Below are positions 53,844 through 63,369 of a stretch of 64,000 nucleotides of DNA, piece by piece (positions within the stretch are counted from its first letter, which is position 1; every line of letters starts with the position of its first letter). The notes beneath the pieces were generated by a model. That model saw only the letters and a program-made list of their open reading frames with translations, was not told where the DNA came from and ran no database searches. Source of the DNA: Candidatus Aminicenantes bacterium UBA647 (GTDB taxonomy: Bacteria; Acidobacteriota; Aminicenantia; UBA2199); NCBI GenBank assembly GCA_002299555.1, contig DBOL01000107.1:1310-65309 (forward strand), in the 5' to 3' direction. The position numbers and the translations under genes were made by a program.

Positions 53844-55064
53844 ATGAAAATATCGGCTCAGGAACTAAAAAGGAAAAGGGATAACAGAGAAAGCGTTTTC
53901 CTTATAACCGGAGGCACTGGCTTCATCGGGAGTCATACTGCCGTTGCCCTTTTAGAACGTGGATACCGGGTAATATTATTATGCCGGCCAGGCCGCAAGA
54001 TCTCAGCCCGGGAAAGAGTGGACAAGCTACTTGACTGGTTTCAAATTAAAGGGAGAAAAGGACTTTCCCGGCTTGAGGTGGTGGAAGGCTTCATCGACAA
54101 ACCAAACCTTGGATTGTCTGATAAGTCATATGAAAATCTTTCCGGGAAGTTCAATGAGATCATCCACTGCGCTGCAGTCACCTCCTTTTCAGAAAAGAAA
54201 AGAGAGGAGTTGGAAACAGCCAATATAAGAAACCTGAGCAACCTGTTAAAACTGGCTGATTCAAAAAATAGTAAATGCTACTATTTTCACCATATCAGCA
54301 CTGTTTATACCGCGGGAAAACATACCGGGACATTTGAAGAGACCTTGATAAAAACTGAAAATTTCAATAATGTTTATGAAGAGACAAAATACCATGGTGA
54401 GCATTATGTGTCTGAAGCATTTGAAAAAGAAGGAATAATGGTCAATATCTACCGATCTTCCATTGTCTACGGCAATTCTGAGACAGGAAGAAGCTCACGG
54501 TTCAATGCACTCTATTATCCGGTAAAGATGGCCCTTTTTCTAAAAGATACCTACAAAAATGATATAACCCGGAATGGTGGCAGGAGAGCCATCCAAATGG
54601 GAGTTCGATTGGAAGAAGACGGGACTGTTTTCCTGCCTATAAGAATGGAGAATAAGAGAGGTGGTTCCATGAACCTGATTCCCATCGATTATTATACTAC
54701 CGCTTTTATTGCTCTGCTGGAAGAAAGTATGGAAAGTAGTATTTTTCATATCGTGAGTGATTCCCCGAAAACTCTGGATGATATCATTCACTACTTTCGG
54801 GAATTGTTCAGGATCAGGGGATTCCGGACTGCTTCCAAAGAGAATTTCAACGAGATCCCAGCCAACGCATTGGAGATATTGTTCAACAAATATCTTGAAA
54901 CGTACGGGCCATATATCCGTGATACCCGTCAGTTTGACTTTCGTAAAGCTGAAAAGATACTGAAGGAAAAAAACATTAAATGCCCTGAGTTTGACCAGGA
55001 GGTTTTTTCCAGATGTATGAATTATGCAATTTCAGTAAACTGGAAAAACCCCTGGGATAACTGA
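53844..55064 (+). CDS. Thioester-reductase-type SDR (NAD_binding_4 / fatty acyl-CoA reductase-like)
   Basis: 406 aa. VFLITGGTGFIGSH...VILLCRPG..ARERV...VEGFIDKPNLGLS...IIHCAAVTSF...NIRNLSNLL...HISTVYTAG...YEETKYHGE. This is the extended-SDR terminal reductase pattern with YxxxK. Confidence 0.7.
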   Translation: MKISAQELKRKRDNRESVFLITGGTGFIGSHTAVALLERGYRVILLCRPGRKISARERVDKLLDWFQIKGRKGLSRLEVVEGFIDKPNLGLSDKSYENLSGKFNEIIHCAAVTSFSEKKREELETANIRNLSNLLKLADSKNSKCYYFHHISTVYTAGKHTGTFEETLIKTENFNNVYEETKYHGEHYVSEAFEKEGIMVNIYRSSIVYGNSETGRSSRFNALYYPVKMALFLKDTYKNDITRNGGRRAIQMGVRLEEDGTVFLPIRMENKRGGSMNLIPIDYYTTAFIALLEESMESSIFHIVSDSPKTLDDIIHYFRELFRIRGFRTASKENFNEIPANALEILFNKYLETYGPYIRDTRQFDFRKAEKILKEKNIKCPEFDQEVFSRCMNYAISVNWKNPWDN

Positions 55065-55105
55065 TCAGACTTTTCTTCCGGCCTGATCAGAGGTGAATTT
55101 TTCAA
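55061..55105 (+). terminator. Putative intrinsic terminator between convergent operons
   Basis: CTGATCAG (55061-55068) and CTGATCAG (55083-55090) can form an 8-bp stem with a 14-nt loop. GAATTTTTC lies a few nt downstream. The first arm overlaps the TGA stop. Confidence 0.35.
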
Positions 55106-55110
55106 ATTAA

Positions 55111-58100
55111 TTAATCAGGTTTTACAGTTATATCACCCTCCTTCCTGTCACTGAACCACTTGTAAAGAACCGGGATCAGTATTAAAGTAAGGAATGTGGA
55201 TGAGATAAGTCCGTTCACAACAACTACTGCCAGCGGACGCTGCACCTCTGCACCGATCCCCTGAGAAAGGAGAAGAGGGATAAGTCCGAGAACAGTGGTT
55301 AATGCTGTCATTAATACCGGCCTCAGCCTTACTATACCTCCATGAATAATTGCTGCATCCATATCCATCCCTTCACTGATCAGTTTGTTTATATAAGATA
55401 CAAGAACTACTCCATTCTGAACTGCAACACCAAACAATGCTATAAATCCTATAGATGCAGGAACTGAGAGATATTCTCCGAAAATGAATAGTCCGAATAT
55501 CCCTCCGATCAGCCCCAGCGGTATATTCAGAATTATCAGGAGAGAATTTTTGATCGATCCGAACGTCAGGTAGAGAAGAAAGAGAATCAATATAATTGAG
55601 ATCGGGACAATAATTTTTAACTTTGCCATCGCCCTTTCCTGATTTTCGAACTGTCCTCCGATCTCTACATAGTATCCCGGAGGAAATTCAATACTATCCT
55701 TAATGATACTTTTTATATCTGAGACCACTCCTCCGAGATCCCGCCCCCTGACATTAGCCTGAATGACCCACCTTCTCATATTTTTTTCTCTGTTGATCTG
55801 AATAGGGCCCGTCACCTTTTTCACTTCTGCCAATTGCGAAAGTTTCAGAAGTTCCCCACTGCTACCTTTGATAATAAGATCCCTGATAGAATCCGGATCC
55901 TTTCTGAATTGTTCTTTATACCTTAAATTTATATCAAACCTTCTGGTATTAAGGTATACCTGGTCGATCGACTTTCCTCCGATCGCTATCTCCACTATCT
56001 CAAGAAGTTCTGAAACATTCACTCCATATCTGGAACAAGCGGATCTGTCAACTATCACCTGAAGTTGAGGTTGTCCGAAGCTTTGTTCAAGAGAGAGATC
56101 AACAAGACCATCAACTTTATCTATTTTATTTTTTATTTCTGTCGCCTTCTCTTCAAGGACCTTCAAATCCTCACCGAATACTTTTATCGCCAATTCTGTT
56201 TTTGTCCCTGACAAAAGCTCATCAAAAGCATTCTGGATAGGTTGTGAAAAATTAAGCTGGATCCCGGGGAAATTTGAAAGCCCTGCCTCCATAGATTCGA
56301 TCAAAGAAACCTTCTCCTTGAACCTTACCCATTCAGACCTCGGAAGGAGTTCAATATGGACCTCTGCATAGTTAACAGGATGGGGATGAGATCCGGTCTC
56401 CGGCCTCCCGATCCTGGATATTATCTGTTTTACTTCTTTATATTTTATAAGTTGCTTCTCAACCTTCATGATCGTTTCCGTAGCCTTTTCCAGGGAAATA
56501 GAAGGTGCCATGGTTACTCCGATCAGGATAGAGCCCTCTTCCAATGTGGGAATGAACTCCGTTCCCAGATGAGGTATGAGTAAAATACTGATCAGGAAAC
56601 TGATGGAAATGAATGTGATAACAGTTTTTTTGAATTTGAGAGCAATTTTTAAAGTCGATTCATAGAGTGATCTTATAGCCTTAAAAATAAAGAATTCCCT
56701 GCTATTTCCGGGCTTAAGCAGATATACGGAAAGTGCCGGCGCCATTATTAATGCAGCAGCGATCGATCCGATCAATGCAAATGAAATTGTGAAAGCAAGT
56801 GGAGAGAACATTTTACCCTCAACTCCCTGCAGGGTAAATATAGGTAAAAAAACAATGATCACTATAGCTATAGAGAATACTATCGGCCTGCCAACACCTC
56901 TCGCAGCCTCCCCTATAAGTTTTATCCTCTCTTTATCCCTGCTGGACGGATCTGATAATATCCTGAAAATATTTTCAACCATAACTATTGCCCCATCCCC
57001 CAGCATTCCGATCCCGATCGCAATACCGCCAAGAGACATGAGATTTGCTGACAAGCCTGTAAATCCCATAAAGATCACAGAAATAAATGCACAAAAAGGG
57101 AGGGCCAGTAAAACTATAAAAGCACTTCTCATATTTCCCAGAAATACCATTAGCACAAGGAGAACAAGTATAACTCCAAAGAGGAGAGCATTTTTTACAG
57201 TTCCGATCGCTTTTTTGATCAGTTCTGCCTGCTCATAATAAGGTATAAGTGTCACTCCTTTCGGAAGAAGTTTTTGAACTTCAGGAATTTTCTCATATAA
57301 CCTCTCAATTACTTCAGAAGTATTCTCTCCGAACAATTGATAGACTATACCTGATACAACTTCCTCTTCCCCATTTCTGGTAACAACTCCTCTCCTGATC
57401 TCATTCCCATATTTTACTTTTGCAACATCAGATATCATTACAGGAGTTCCATCGATAGTTTTTAAGTGAATATTCCTTATGTCTTCCAGAGTTTGTACAA
57501 GCCCTATACCACGGACAAGATATTCCTCGGAATTTATAACCAGAAATTGTGCACCCACATTCCGGTTGTTACCTTTTACAGCGGAGATCATATCCTCCAG
57601 TTCCAGTTTGTATTTTAATAATGCATAAGGATCTATTTCTATCTGATATTGCAATACATGTCCACCTATAGATAGTATCTCTGTTACTCCGGGTACCGCT
57701 TGAAGATGAAATTTTATCAGCCAGTCATTGATCTCCCTCAAATATGTATTCTTATCTTTCCCTCCGGTATCAACATTATCATCAATTGTAAGATAATAGA
57801 TAAATATCTGTCCCAGTCCTGTTGATATCGGCCCCAAAGAAGGAGCTTCATCCATTTCCGGGAGAGAAGCAGAAACGCTCTGAAGCCGTTCACTGACTAT
57901 CTGCCTTGCAAAATATATATCAACACTATCCTTAAAATATACATAGATCACAGCCATCCCAAAAGCCGATGTTGACTTGACGAGAGTTACATCAGGCAGT
58001 CCATTCATTGCTGATTCAATAGGGAAAGTTATCAGTCTTTCTATTTCCTCTGGTGCCATTCCGTGGGCTTCGGCAAATACCGGTACCATGATCGGGGATA

Positions 58101-58224
58101 TGTCCGGAAATGCATCAACCGGCAATTCCTTATACTGAAAAACTCCTGCAACAAAAACACCTATCACCAAAATGATAACGATCAGCCTATGTTTTAATGA
58201 GATATCAATTAGCCTGTTAATCAT
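55111..58224 (-). CDS. CusA/CzcA-family heavy-metal efflux RND permease
   Basis: 1037 aa with 12-TM RND architecture. N-terminus MINRLIDISLKHRLIVIIL. The TM4 block SLGGIAIGIGMLGDGAIVMVEN resembles the HME-RND signature, closer to CusA than to CzcA. Confidence 0.9.
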   Translation of the reverse strand: MINRLIDISLKHRLIVIILVIGVFVAGVFQYKELPVDAFPDISPIMVPVFAEAHGMAPEEIERLITFPIESAMNGLPDVTLVKSTSAFGMAVIYVYFKDSVDIYFARQIVSERLQSVSASLPEMDEAPSLGPISTGLGQIFIYYLTIDDNVDTGGKDKNTYLREINDWLIKFHLQAVPGVTEILSIGGHVLQYQIEIDPYALLKYKLELEDMISAVKGNNRNVGAQFLVINSEEYLVRGIGLVQTLEDIRNIHLKTIDGTPVMISDVAKVKYGNEIRRGVVTRNGEEEVVSGIVYQLFGENTSEVIERLYEKIPEVQKLLPKGVTLIPYYEQAELIKKAIGTVKNALLFGVILVLLVLMVFLGNMRSAFIVLLALPFCAFISVIFMGFTGLSANLMSLGGIAIGIGMLGDGAIVMVENIFRILSDPSSRDKERIKLIGEAARGVGRPIVFSIAIVIIVFLPIFTLQGVEGKMFSPLAFTISFALIGSIAAALIMAPALSVYLLKPGNSREFFIFKAIRSLYESTLKIALKFKKTVITFISISFLISILLIPHLGTEFIPTLEEGSILIGVTMAPSISLEKATETIMKVEKQLIKYKEVKQIISRIGRPETGSHPHPVNYAEVHIELLPRSEWVRFKEKVSLIESMEAGLSNFPGIQLNFSQPIQNAFDELLSGTKTELAIKVFGEDLKVLEEKATEIKNKIDKVDGLVDLSLEQSFGQPQLQVIVDRSACSRYGVNVSELLEIVEIAIGGKSIDQVYLNTRRFDINLRYKEQFRKDPDSIRDLIIKGSSGELLKLSQLAEVKKVTGPIQINREKNMRRWVIQANVRGRDLGGVVSDIKSIIKDSIEFPPGYYVEIGGQFENQERAMAKLKIIVPISIILILFLLYLTFGSIKNSLLIILNIPLGLIGGIFGLFIFGEYLSVPASIGFIALFGVAVQNGVVLVSYINKLISEGMDMDAAIIHGGIVRLRPVLMTALTTVLGLIPLLLSQGIGAEVQRPLAVVVVNGLISSTFLTLILIPVLYKWFSDRKEGDITVKPD

Positions 58225-58236
58225 ATTTACCTCTGC

Positions 58237-59247
58237 TTAGTGTCCATGCCCGGCATGGCTATCCATTGTGCTGGTTACGATCCTGGCCTTTAGTTCGAAA
58301 GATCCTTTTCTGACATATTCACTCCCATACTCAAGACCACTTAACAACTCGGTAAAGACCCCGCTTTTCCGCCCTATAACAACATGTACAATATGAAACT
58401 CATTTCCCTCTTCGGGTACGAATAGTACCGGTTCATCATTCAGGAACTGGATCGCCTCTGAATAAACGACCGGAACTTTTGAAATTGATAATATATTGAT
58501 CTCACCTTTAATAAATTCGCCGGGGAGCCATATATTCTCACCATTCTTCAGCAGAGCTTTAACCGTCATATTTCTTGTCTCTCTGTCCACAACGGGAATA
58601 ATGGATAATACTTTGCATATTGCCGATCTTTCCCCATCAATCGAGAACAGTGTTACATCCATCCCTTTTTTAAAATTTGAAATACTATCGGGGAAAACAT
58701 TAAGATGGACCCATAATGTAGACAGGTCAGCTATCTCAAGGATGATACGGCCTTCACCTGCAAATTCCCCTTCTGCAATATCTCTTTTAGTAACGATCCC
58801 GGAAATTTCAGAAATTAAGTTATAATTTGTTAAACTTTCATTACTCTGAATCTTCGCAAGAATTTCGCCTTTGCTAACGGTATCCCCTTCGCTTTTATAT
58901 ATTTTTTTTACAACACCGGGGAACCTTGGAATCACTCTGCGGTGCTTCTCTTCATTAAAACATACTTCTCCGGGAAAAATTTCTTTTTTATCGATCTGCC
59001 CCATAGCAACTTGTTCAATAGTTATTCCGACAAGTTTTATAGCCTCTTTTGTGAGGATAACATGATCTTCTTCACCTTCATGACCCTGATCATCAGGGAT
59101 ACTCCCTTCTTCTTTATGTGTAGTGACACTACCCTGATCTTTGGTCCCGCTCTCCTTATTCGTTGAGCAATTTATTGTTATTAATACAAGAACTCCCACC
59201 AGAATCATTATGCCTGCAACATTTTTTATATTATTTCTCATTTTCAC
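58237..59247 (-). CDS. Efflux RND periplasmic adaptor (membrane fusion protein) with His-rich termini
   Basis: 336 aa. Lipoyl/beta-barrel MFP blocks (GDTVSKGEILAKIQS, ISGIVTKRDIAEGE). His/acidic N-terminal stretch HKEEGSIPDDQGHEGEEDH and C-terminal MDSHAGHGH. It overlaps the upstream OMF gene by 17 nt. Confidence 0.85.
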   Translation of the reverse strand: MKMRNNIKNVAGIMILVGVLVLITINCSTNKESGTKDQGSVTTHKEEGSIPDDQGHEGEEDHVILTKEAIKLVGITIEQVAMGQIDKKEIFPGEVCFNEEKHRRVIPRFPGVVKKIYKSEGDTVSKGEILAKIQSNESLTNYNLISEISGIVTKRDIAEGEFAGEGRIILEIADLSTLWVHLNVFPDSISNFKKGMDVTLFSIDGERSAICKVLSIIPVVDRETRNMTVKALLKNGENIWLPGEFIKGEINILSISKVPVVYSEAIQFLNDEPVLFVPEEGNEFHIVHVVIGRKSGVFTELLSGLEYGSEYVRKGSFELKARIVTSTMDSHAGHGH

Positions 59248-60529
59248 TCCTGTTAACCATAATATTTAGTATTCCCCCGTTGAGCCTTTCAATTTCAGCC
59301 ATTTCTATCCTCCGGTCACGAATACTCCTGATATATTCTTCCTTGATCTCATACACAGAATCGTAAACATCAATTACTTCAAGATAGTCAGATCTGCCCA
59401 TAGAATAAGCTTCCGATATTATTTTTAATGTGTTCTCTGACTCGGGAATTATCTTATTCTTAAACACTCTTAAATTCCCCAATTCTGTCCTTAAAGTTCT
59501 GAATTTTTCTTTTAGTTCAGATTTCAGTCTCAGTTCCTCTGCTTTAAATTCAGAATCAGCTTTGCTTACAAGATATCCTGCTGTTGAGACTCCCCCTTTA
59601 TTAGTGTTGAACACCGGAACCGGTATGGATATCCCTGCTGTGAAGGCTGTTAATCCTGTTTCAAAATGTCTCTTTACTCCACCTGATAAAGTTATATCCG
59701 GAACTCTCACTGCTTTCTCAAGGCTGAGTTGAGCTTCCTTCTGTCTGACCACACTCTTTAAGACGATAAGATCGGGATTGCTATTTGATATTTCGCTTAT
59801 CTCTTCACTAATATGGAACTTTTCCCAACCTGTGTCCATTGAACTGACTGATCTGTAGGGGAATTTATTTTCACCCCAGAGAGTAGCCAGATGTATACCA
59901 TTTGAATAGAATTCAGATAATATGGATCTAAGCTCCGCCCTACTCCTCAACAGGTTTATTTTTATACGGGATAATTCTACAGGTAAAGTTTTCCCTGCAC
60001 TTACCCTTTTCAGTATCTGCAGCTTAAAGCTCTCTATCTGATCTACACGTCTCTTTTTTAAAGATATCTTTTCCTGAAGAAAATAAAGTTCATAAAACTT
60101 AATTGTTGCATTAAGCAAAAGGTCAGCTGCCTTTCTATTGAAATTCAGTTCTGATATTGATTTTTCTCCTTTGGCTATCGCTTCAGCCAAAGACCTTTTG
60201 CCGGCGGTGGGGATTTTCTGACTCAAAGTTGCCGCAAATTCAGACCTGCCGAATCCGCCAAGTTCTCCGCTCCCTGCAAAATTATCAAGTCCGAATTCAA
60301 ATTCAGGATTAGCTAATCTTGACTGCTGATAAATTTGACCATCCTTTGATCTCACCTCATATCTAAATGCAGCAAGATCTGAATTTCCTTTGAGCACTTT
60401 TACTAGTATTGAATTTAAGGTCAGATCATTATTATCTTCCTTAAAATCAGAATGTAGAAAAAATGATATTAAAAATATTACTAACGCGATCCGGGTAATA
60501 CTAAAATTTTTATTTGACTTGCCAGACAT
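59231..60529 (-). CDS. TolC-family outer-membrane efflux protein (CzcC/CusC-like)
   Basis: 432 aa with a signal-like N-terminus and two OEP repeats with long helical segments. It is the first large gene of the OMF-MFP-RND order. Confidence 0.8.
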   Translation of the reverse strand: MSGKSNKNFSITRIALVIFLISFFLHSDFKEDNNDLTLNSILVKVLKGNSDLAAFRYEVRSKDGQIYQQSRLANPEFEFGLDNFAGSGELGGFGRSEFAATLSQKIPTAGKRSLAEAIAKGEKSISELNFNRKAADLLLNATIKFYELYFLQEKISLKKRRVDQIESFKLQILKRVSAGKTLPVELSRIKINLLRSRAELRSILSEFYSNGIHLATLWGENKFPYRSVSSMDTGWEKFHISEEISEISNSNPDLIVLKSVVRQKEAQLSLEKAVRVPDITLSGGVKRHFETGLTAFTAGISIPVPVFNTNKGGVSTAGYLVSKADSEFKAEELRLKSELKEKFRTLRTELGNLRVFKNKIIPESENTLKIISEAYSMGRSDYLEVIDVYDSVYEIKEEYIRSIRDRRIEMAEIERLNGGILNIMVNRSENEK

Positions 60530-60586
60530 ATTCTCCTCCTGATTTAGTTTTTAGTGGTCTCTATCCTGAACAAACAGGGAGAGATA

Positions 60587-60997
60587 TCAGATAAGGAGGA
60601 CTACTTTTGAAAAGGTTTTGCGTTCAGGAAGGGGTGGGGATTTGTCTGAGAATCTCCCGGAAACAACTGGGATCAAACTAACCCTGTTCATTCCTGAACC
60701 GAAGGAGGAGACGATATCGATCGTCTCTTTAAATGACCTTCTTGAAACTAGAATTGTTATATTCTTGATCTGAATTGGAATATCAATACAGGTATGACAA
60801 TCTTCTACTTCATGGATAGAACATGATCCCTCAGTATGGGAGAGATCCCTGCCATGAAATGAATCATGAAATTCCCCTGTAACAAGACTTGTATTTCCGT
60901 TTTCATGATGACAAAGGACAAGATCAGAATATGAGTTCATCCCGGTTATAAGGACAAAAATAATTGCAACATATCTGATCAGGATATTATTTTTCAT
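60587..60997 (-). CDS. Small exported His/Cys-rich protein, putative metal-binding accessory of the efflux operon
   Basis: 136 aa with a signal-like N-terminus. Mature N-terminal region LCHHENGNTSLVTGEFHDSFHGRDLSHTEGSCSIHEVEDCHTC is dense in His/Cys/acidic ligands. It lies 57 nt upstream of, and co-oriented with, the OMF gene. Confidence 0.45.
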   Translation of the reverse strand: MKNNILIRYVAIIFVLITGMNSYSDLVLCHHENGNTSLVTGEFHDSFHGRDLSHTEGSCSIHEVEDCHTCIDIPIQIKNITILVSRRSFKETIDIVSSFGSGMNRVSLIPVVSGRFSDKSPPLPERKTFSKVVLLI

Positions 60998-61262
60998 TTT
61001 CAGAGTTATTATATATCACATAAAGAGAGAAATGTTAACTATCCTTAAATACTGAAGATTAAAAAAATCTTCTCACAAAACTTTAGTCCGGGAATATTAG
61101 TAATTCATAGAATTCAATTTGTTTTTTATGTTAATCGTACTAAGTTGATATATAATTAGTAAAGTGACAGCAGGAGCAATACCTGTCAAATTTCAAATTT
61201 GAAGAAATCATTAAAAATGATTAATAACAGACAAATGTTCATTGTTGAAAAAGGAGAAATAA

Positions 61263-62168
61263 ATGAAGAAGAACAAATGGGATATTGAAAATATATCTGA
61301 TCAGAATGGAAAGACTATAATTGTTACAGGATCAAGCAGCGGGATTGGTTTCGAGGCCGCCCGGGTTCTCGCATTGAAAAATGCAGAAGTGATCATTGCA
61401 GTAAGAAATAGTATAAAAGGAGAGAAAGCTTTAGAAAAAATTATTTCAGAAAAAAAAGATGCAAAAGTTAAAGTAATGCATCTGGATCTGGCTGATCTGA
61501 AATCTGTAGGAATATTCGCAGATGAATTTAAAAAGAAAAATACAAAACTGGATATCCTGATCAATAATGCAGGTGTAATGGTTCCTCCCTATTCCAAAAC
61601 CTCAGATGGATTTGAACTACAGATGGGAACAAATCACTTTGGACACTTTGCTCTGACACTGCAACTTCTGGATATCCTCAATAATACAAAGGGTTCCAGA
61701 ATAGTAAATGTGTCAAGTATGGCTCATAAATATGGCAATATTGATTTTGATGATCTTAATTGGGAGAAACGGAAATATAAACCCATGAGATCATATGGTG
61801 ACAGTAAAATTGCCAACCTTTATTTCACTTCAGAACTGAGCAAAAAGCTTAAGGAAAAGGGGACAGACACCAAAGTAACCTCTGCCCATCCGGGATGGAC
61901 AGCTACCGATCTGCAGAGACATAACAGCGCAGCTGAGTTTCTTAACGGCTTCTTTGCTCAAAAAGTTAATATGGGAGCACTCCCTACCCTGTATGCAGCT
62001 ATAGGAGAAGATGCTGAAAGCGGAGATTTCTTCGGTCCGTCTGGATTTATGGAAATAAAAGGATATCCAAAAAAAGTATCGCCGAACAAACTATCCCGCG
62101 ATAAAATTATAGCAAAAAAATTATGGGAAGTTTCAGAAAAAGTTACAGGAGTAAAATACAAGGCCTGA
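61263..62168 (+). CDS. SDR family oxidoreductase (retinol dehydrogenase/WWOX-like subgroup)
   Basis: 301 aa. VTGSSSGIGFEAA, NNAGVM and YGDSKIANLYF (YxxxK). Confidence 0.85.
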   Translation: MKKNKWDIENISDQNGKTIIVTGSSSGIGFEAARVLALKNAEVIIAVRNSIKGEKALEKIISEKKDAKVKVMHLDLADLKSVGIFADEFKKKNTKLDILINNAGVMVPPYSKTSDGFELQMGTNHFGHFALTLQLLDILNNTKGSRIVNVSSMAHKYGNIDFDDLNWEKRKYKPMRSYGDSKIANLYFTSELSKKLKEKGTDTKVTSAHPGWTATDLQRHNSAAEFLNGFFAQKVNMGALPTLYAAIGEDAESGDFFGPSGFMEIKGYPKKVSPNKLSRDKIIAKKLWEVSEKVTGVKYKA

Positions 62169-62179
62169 GCGATCTGAAC

Positions 62180-62209
62180 AAAAAATGGGTGAGCAGGGTA
62201 CTCCTGCTC
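62180..62209 (-). terminator. Intrinsic terminator of the enolase-superfamily gene
   Basis: GAGCAGG-gtact-CCTGCTC (62191-62209) is a 7-bp GC-rich stem, 5 nt past the stop at 62215. On the minus strand it is followed by a T6 tract (A-run 62180-62185 on +). Confidence 0.6.
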
Positions 62210-62214
62210 GACCC

Positions 62215-63336
62215 CTACCTCTTCATTATCTTTCTGAATACAAGAAACTTATCGATCTTATCCTGATCTACTTCAATTCCTGTTCCATTTCCATCAGGAA
62301 TGTTTATAAAACCCTCATTGTCAAGACAAACAGATTCTTTAATAATATCTTCTTTAAAATAGCGGGATGTCTCAGAAGTATCTCCGGGAAGATCAAAGCC
62401 ATCCATGATCTGAAGGTGAAGATTGAAGATCCGCCCTATTCCTGTCTCAAGCATTCCTCCACAAAATACTTTCATTCCGTTTTCCTTACAAATATCCTTA
62501 AGTTCAAGAGATCTTTTCATCCCGCCTAATCTACCCTGTTTAATACAAACAACTTTACAGCTTTGAAATTTTATGGCTGATTCTACAGAATGGATCCCGG
62601 ATATCGATTCATCAAGGCAAATGGGAGTATTTATCTCTTTCTGTAAGTGTGAATGGCCTGAAAAATCATCTTCCCCGAAAGGTTGCTCGATCATTTTAAG
62701 ATCAAAATTATCCATCATTCTTAAAATCCCGATATCCTCTTCACCATATCCTCCATTTGCATCAACGGTAAGATTCATATAAGGAAAAGCTGACCTGATC
62801 TCTGAGATGACATTCACATCATATCCTTTCTTTATCTTAACCTTGACCCGGTGATATTTTTTGTTGACCGCTTCATTTATCTGTTCAAGTAAACGGCCAA
62901 CATCTTCAGAAATACCAAGACTGATTCCTGATTTGATCCTTTTTTTGATTCCCCCCAGGATCTCATAAAGAGGTTTCCCGTTAATCTTTGCGTAAAGATC
63001 AAGAACAGCATTTTCGATCATTGCTTTGGACATATTGTGCCCTTTGATCCCATTAAAAATATCTGAGATCAAGTCGGCTTTTATTTCATGTGCTTTAAAA
63101 ATTTGCGGGATTAGATAGTTCACAGCAATATGAAGAGATGTATCAATGGTCTCATAATGATACCAGGGATCTCTGAAGCTGGCACACTCACTCCATCCGA
63201 CATGGCCACTTGAAGTTAGTTTCAGCAGCAATGATTCCCTGCTTTTCACAACACCATAGCCTGTTACAAAGGGAGTCACAAGAGGAAGCTTCACTATATA
63301 TAACTCAGCTTTATCCAGTTGCTTAATATTTTTCAT
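62215..63336 (-). CDS. menC: Enolase-superfamily enzyme, o-succinylbenzoate synthase / N-acylamino-acid racemase-like (MR/MLE subgroup)
   Basis: 373 aa. YIVKLPLVTPFVTGYGVVKSRESLLLKL...GWSECASFRDPWYHYET, KVKIKKGYD, LTVDANGGY, MIEQPF, CLDESI and VCIKQGRLGG give the KxK and D-E-D metal ligands of the OSBS/NAAAR family. No other men genes are nearby, so the OSBS versus racemase assignment is open. Confidence 0.65.
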   Translation of the reverse strand: MKNIKQLDKAELYIVKLPLVTPFVTGYGVVKSRESLLLKLTSSGHVGWSECASFRDPWYHYETIDTSLHIAVNYLIPQIFKAHEIKADLISDIFNGIKGHNMSKAMIENAVLDLYAKINGKPLYEILGGIKKRIKSGISLGISEDVGRLLEQINEAVNKKYHRVKVKIKKGYDVNVISEIRSAFPYMNLTVDANGGYGEEDIGILRMMDNFDLKMIEQPFGEDDFSGHSHLQKEINTPICLDESISGIHSVESAIKFQSCKVVCIKQGRLGGMKRSLELKDICKENGMKVFCGGMLETGIGRIFNLHLQIMDGFDLPGDTSETSRYFKEDIIKESVCLDNEGFINIPDGNGTGIEVDQDKIDKFLVFRKIMKR

Positions 63337-63369
63337 GTCGTTGCGGAACCGGTAATAACCCGAAATACA

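Noticed and set aside
55868-57238. Plus-strand ORFs inside the RND permease gene (55868..56062, 56356..56583, 56789..57238)
   Set aside because: They are antisense to a 1037-aa RND permease with a clear family signature and have mirror-frame hydrophobic composition.
62185-62529. 114-aa + strand ORF
   Set aside because: It is antisense to the enolase-superfamily gene, begins inside the terminator hairpin, and has no recognisable motifs.
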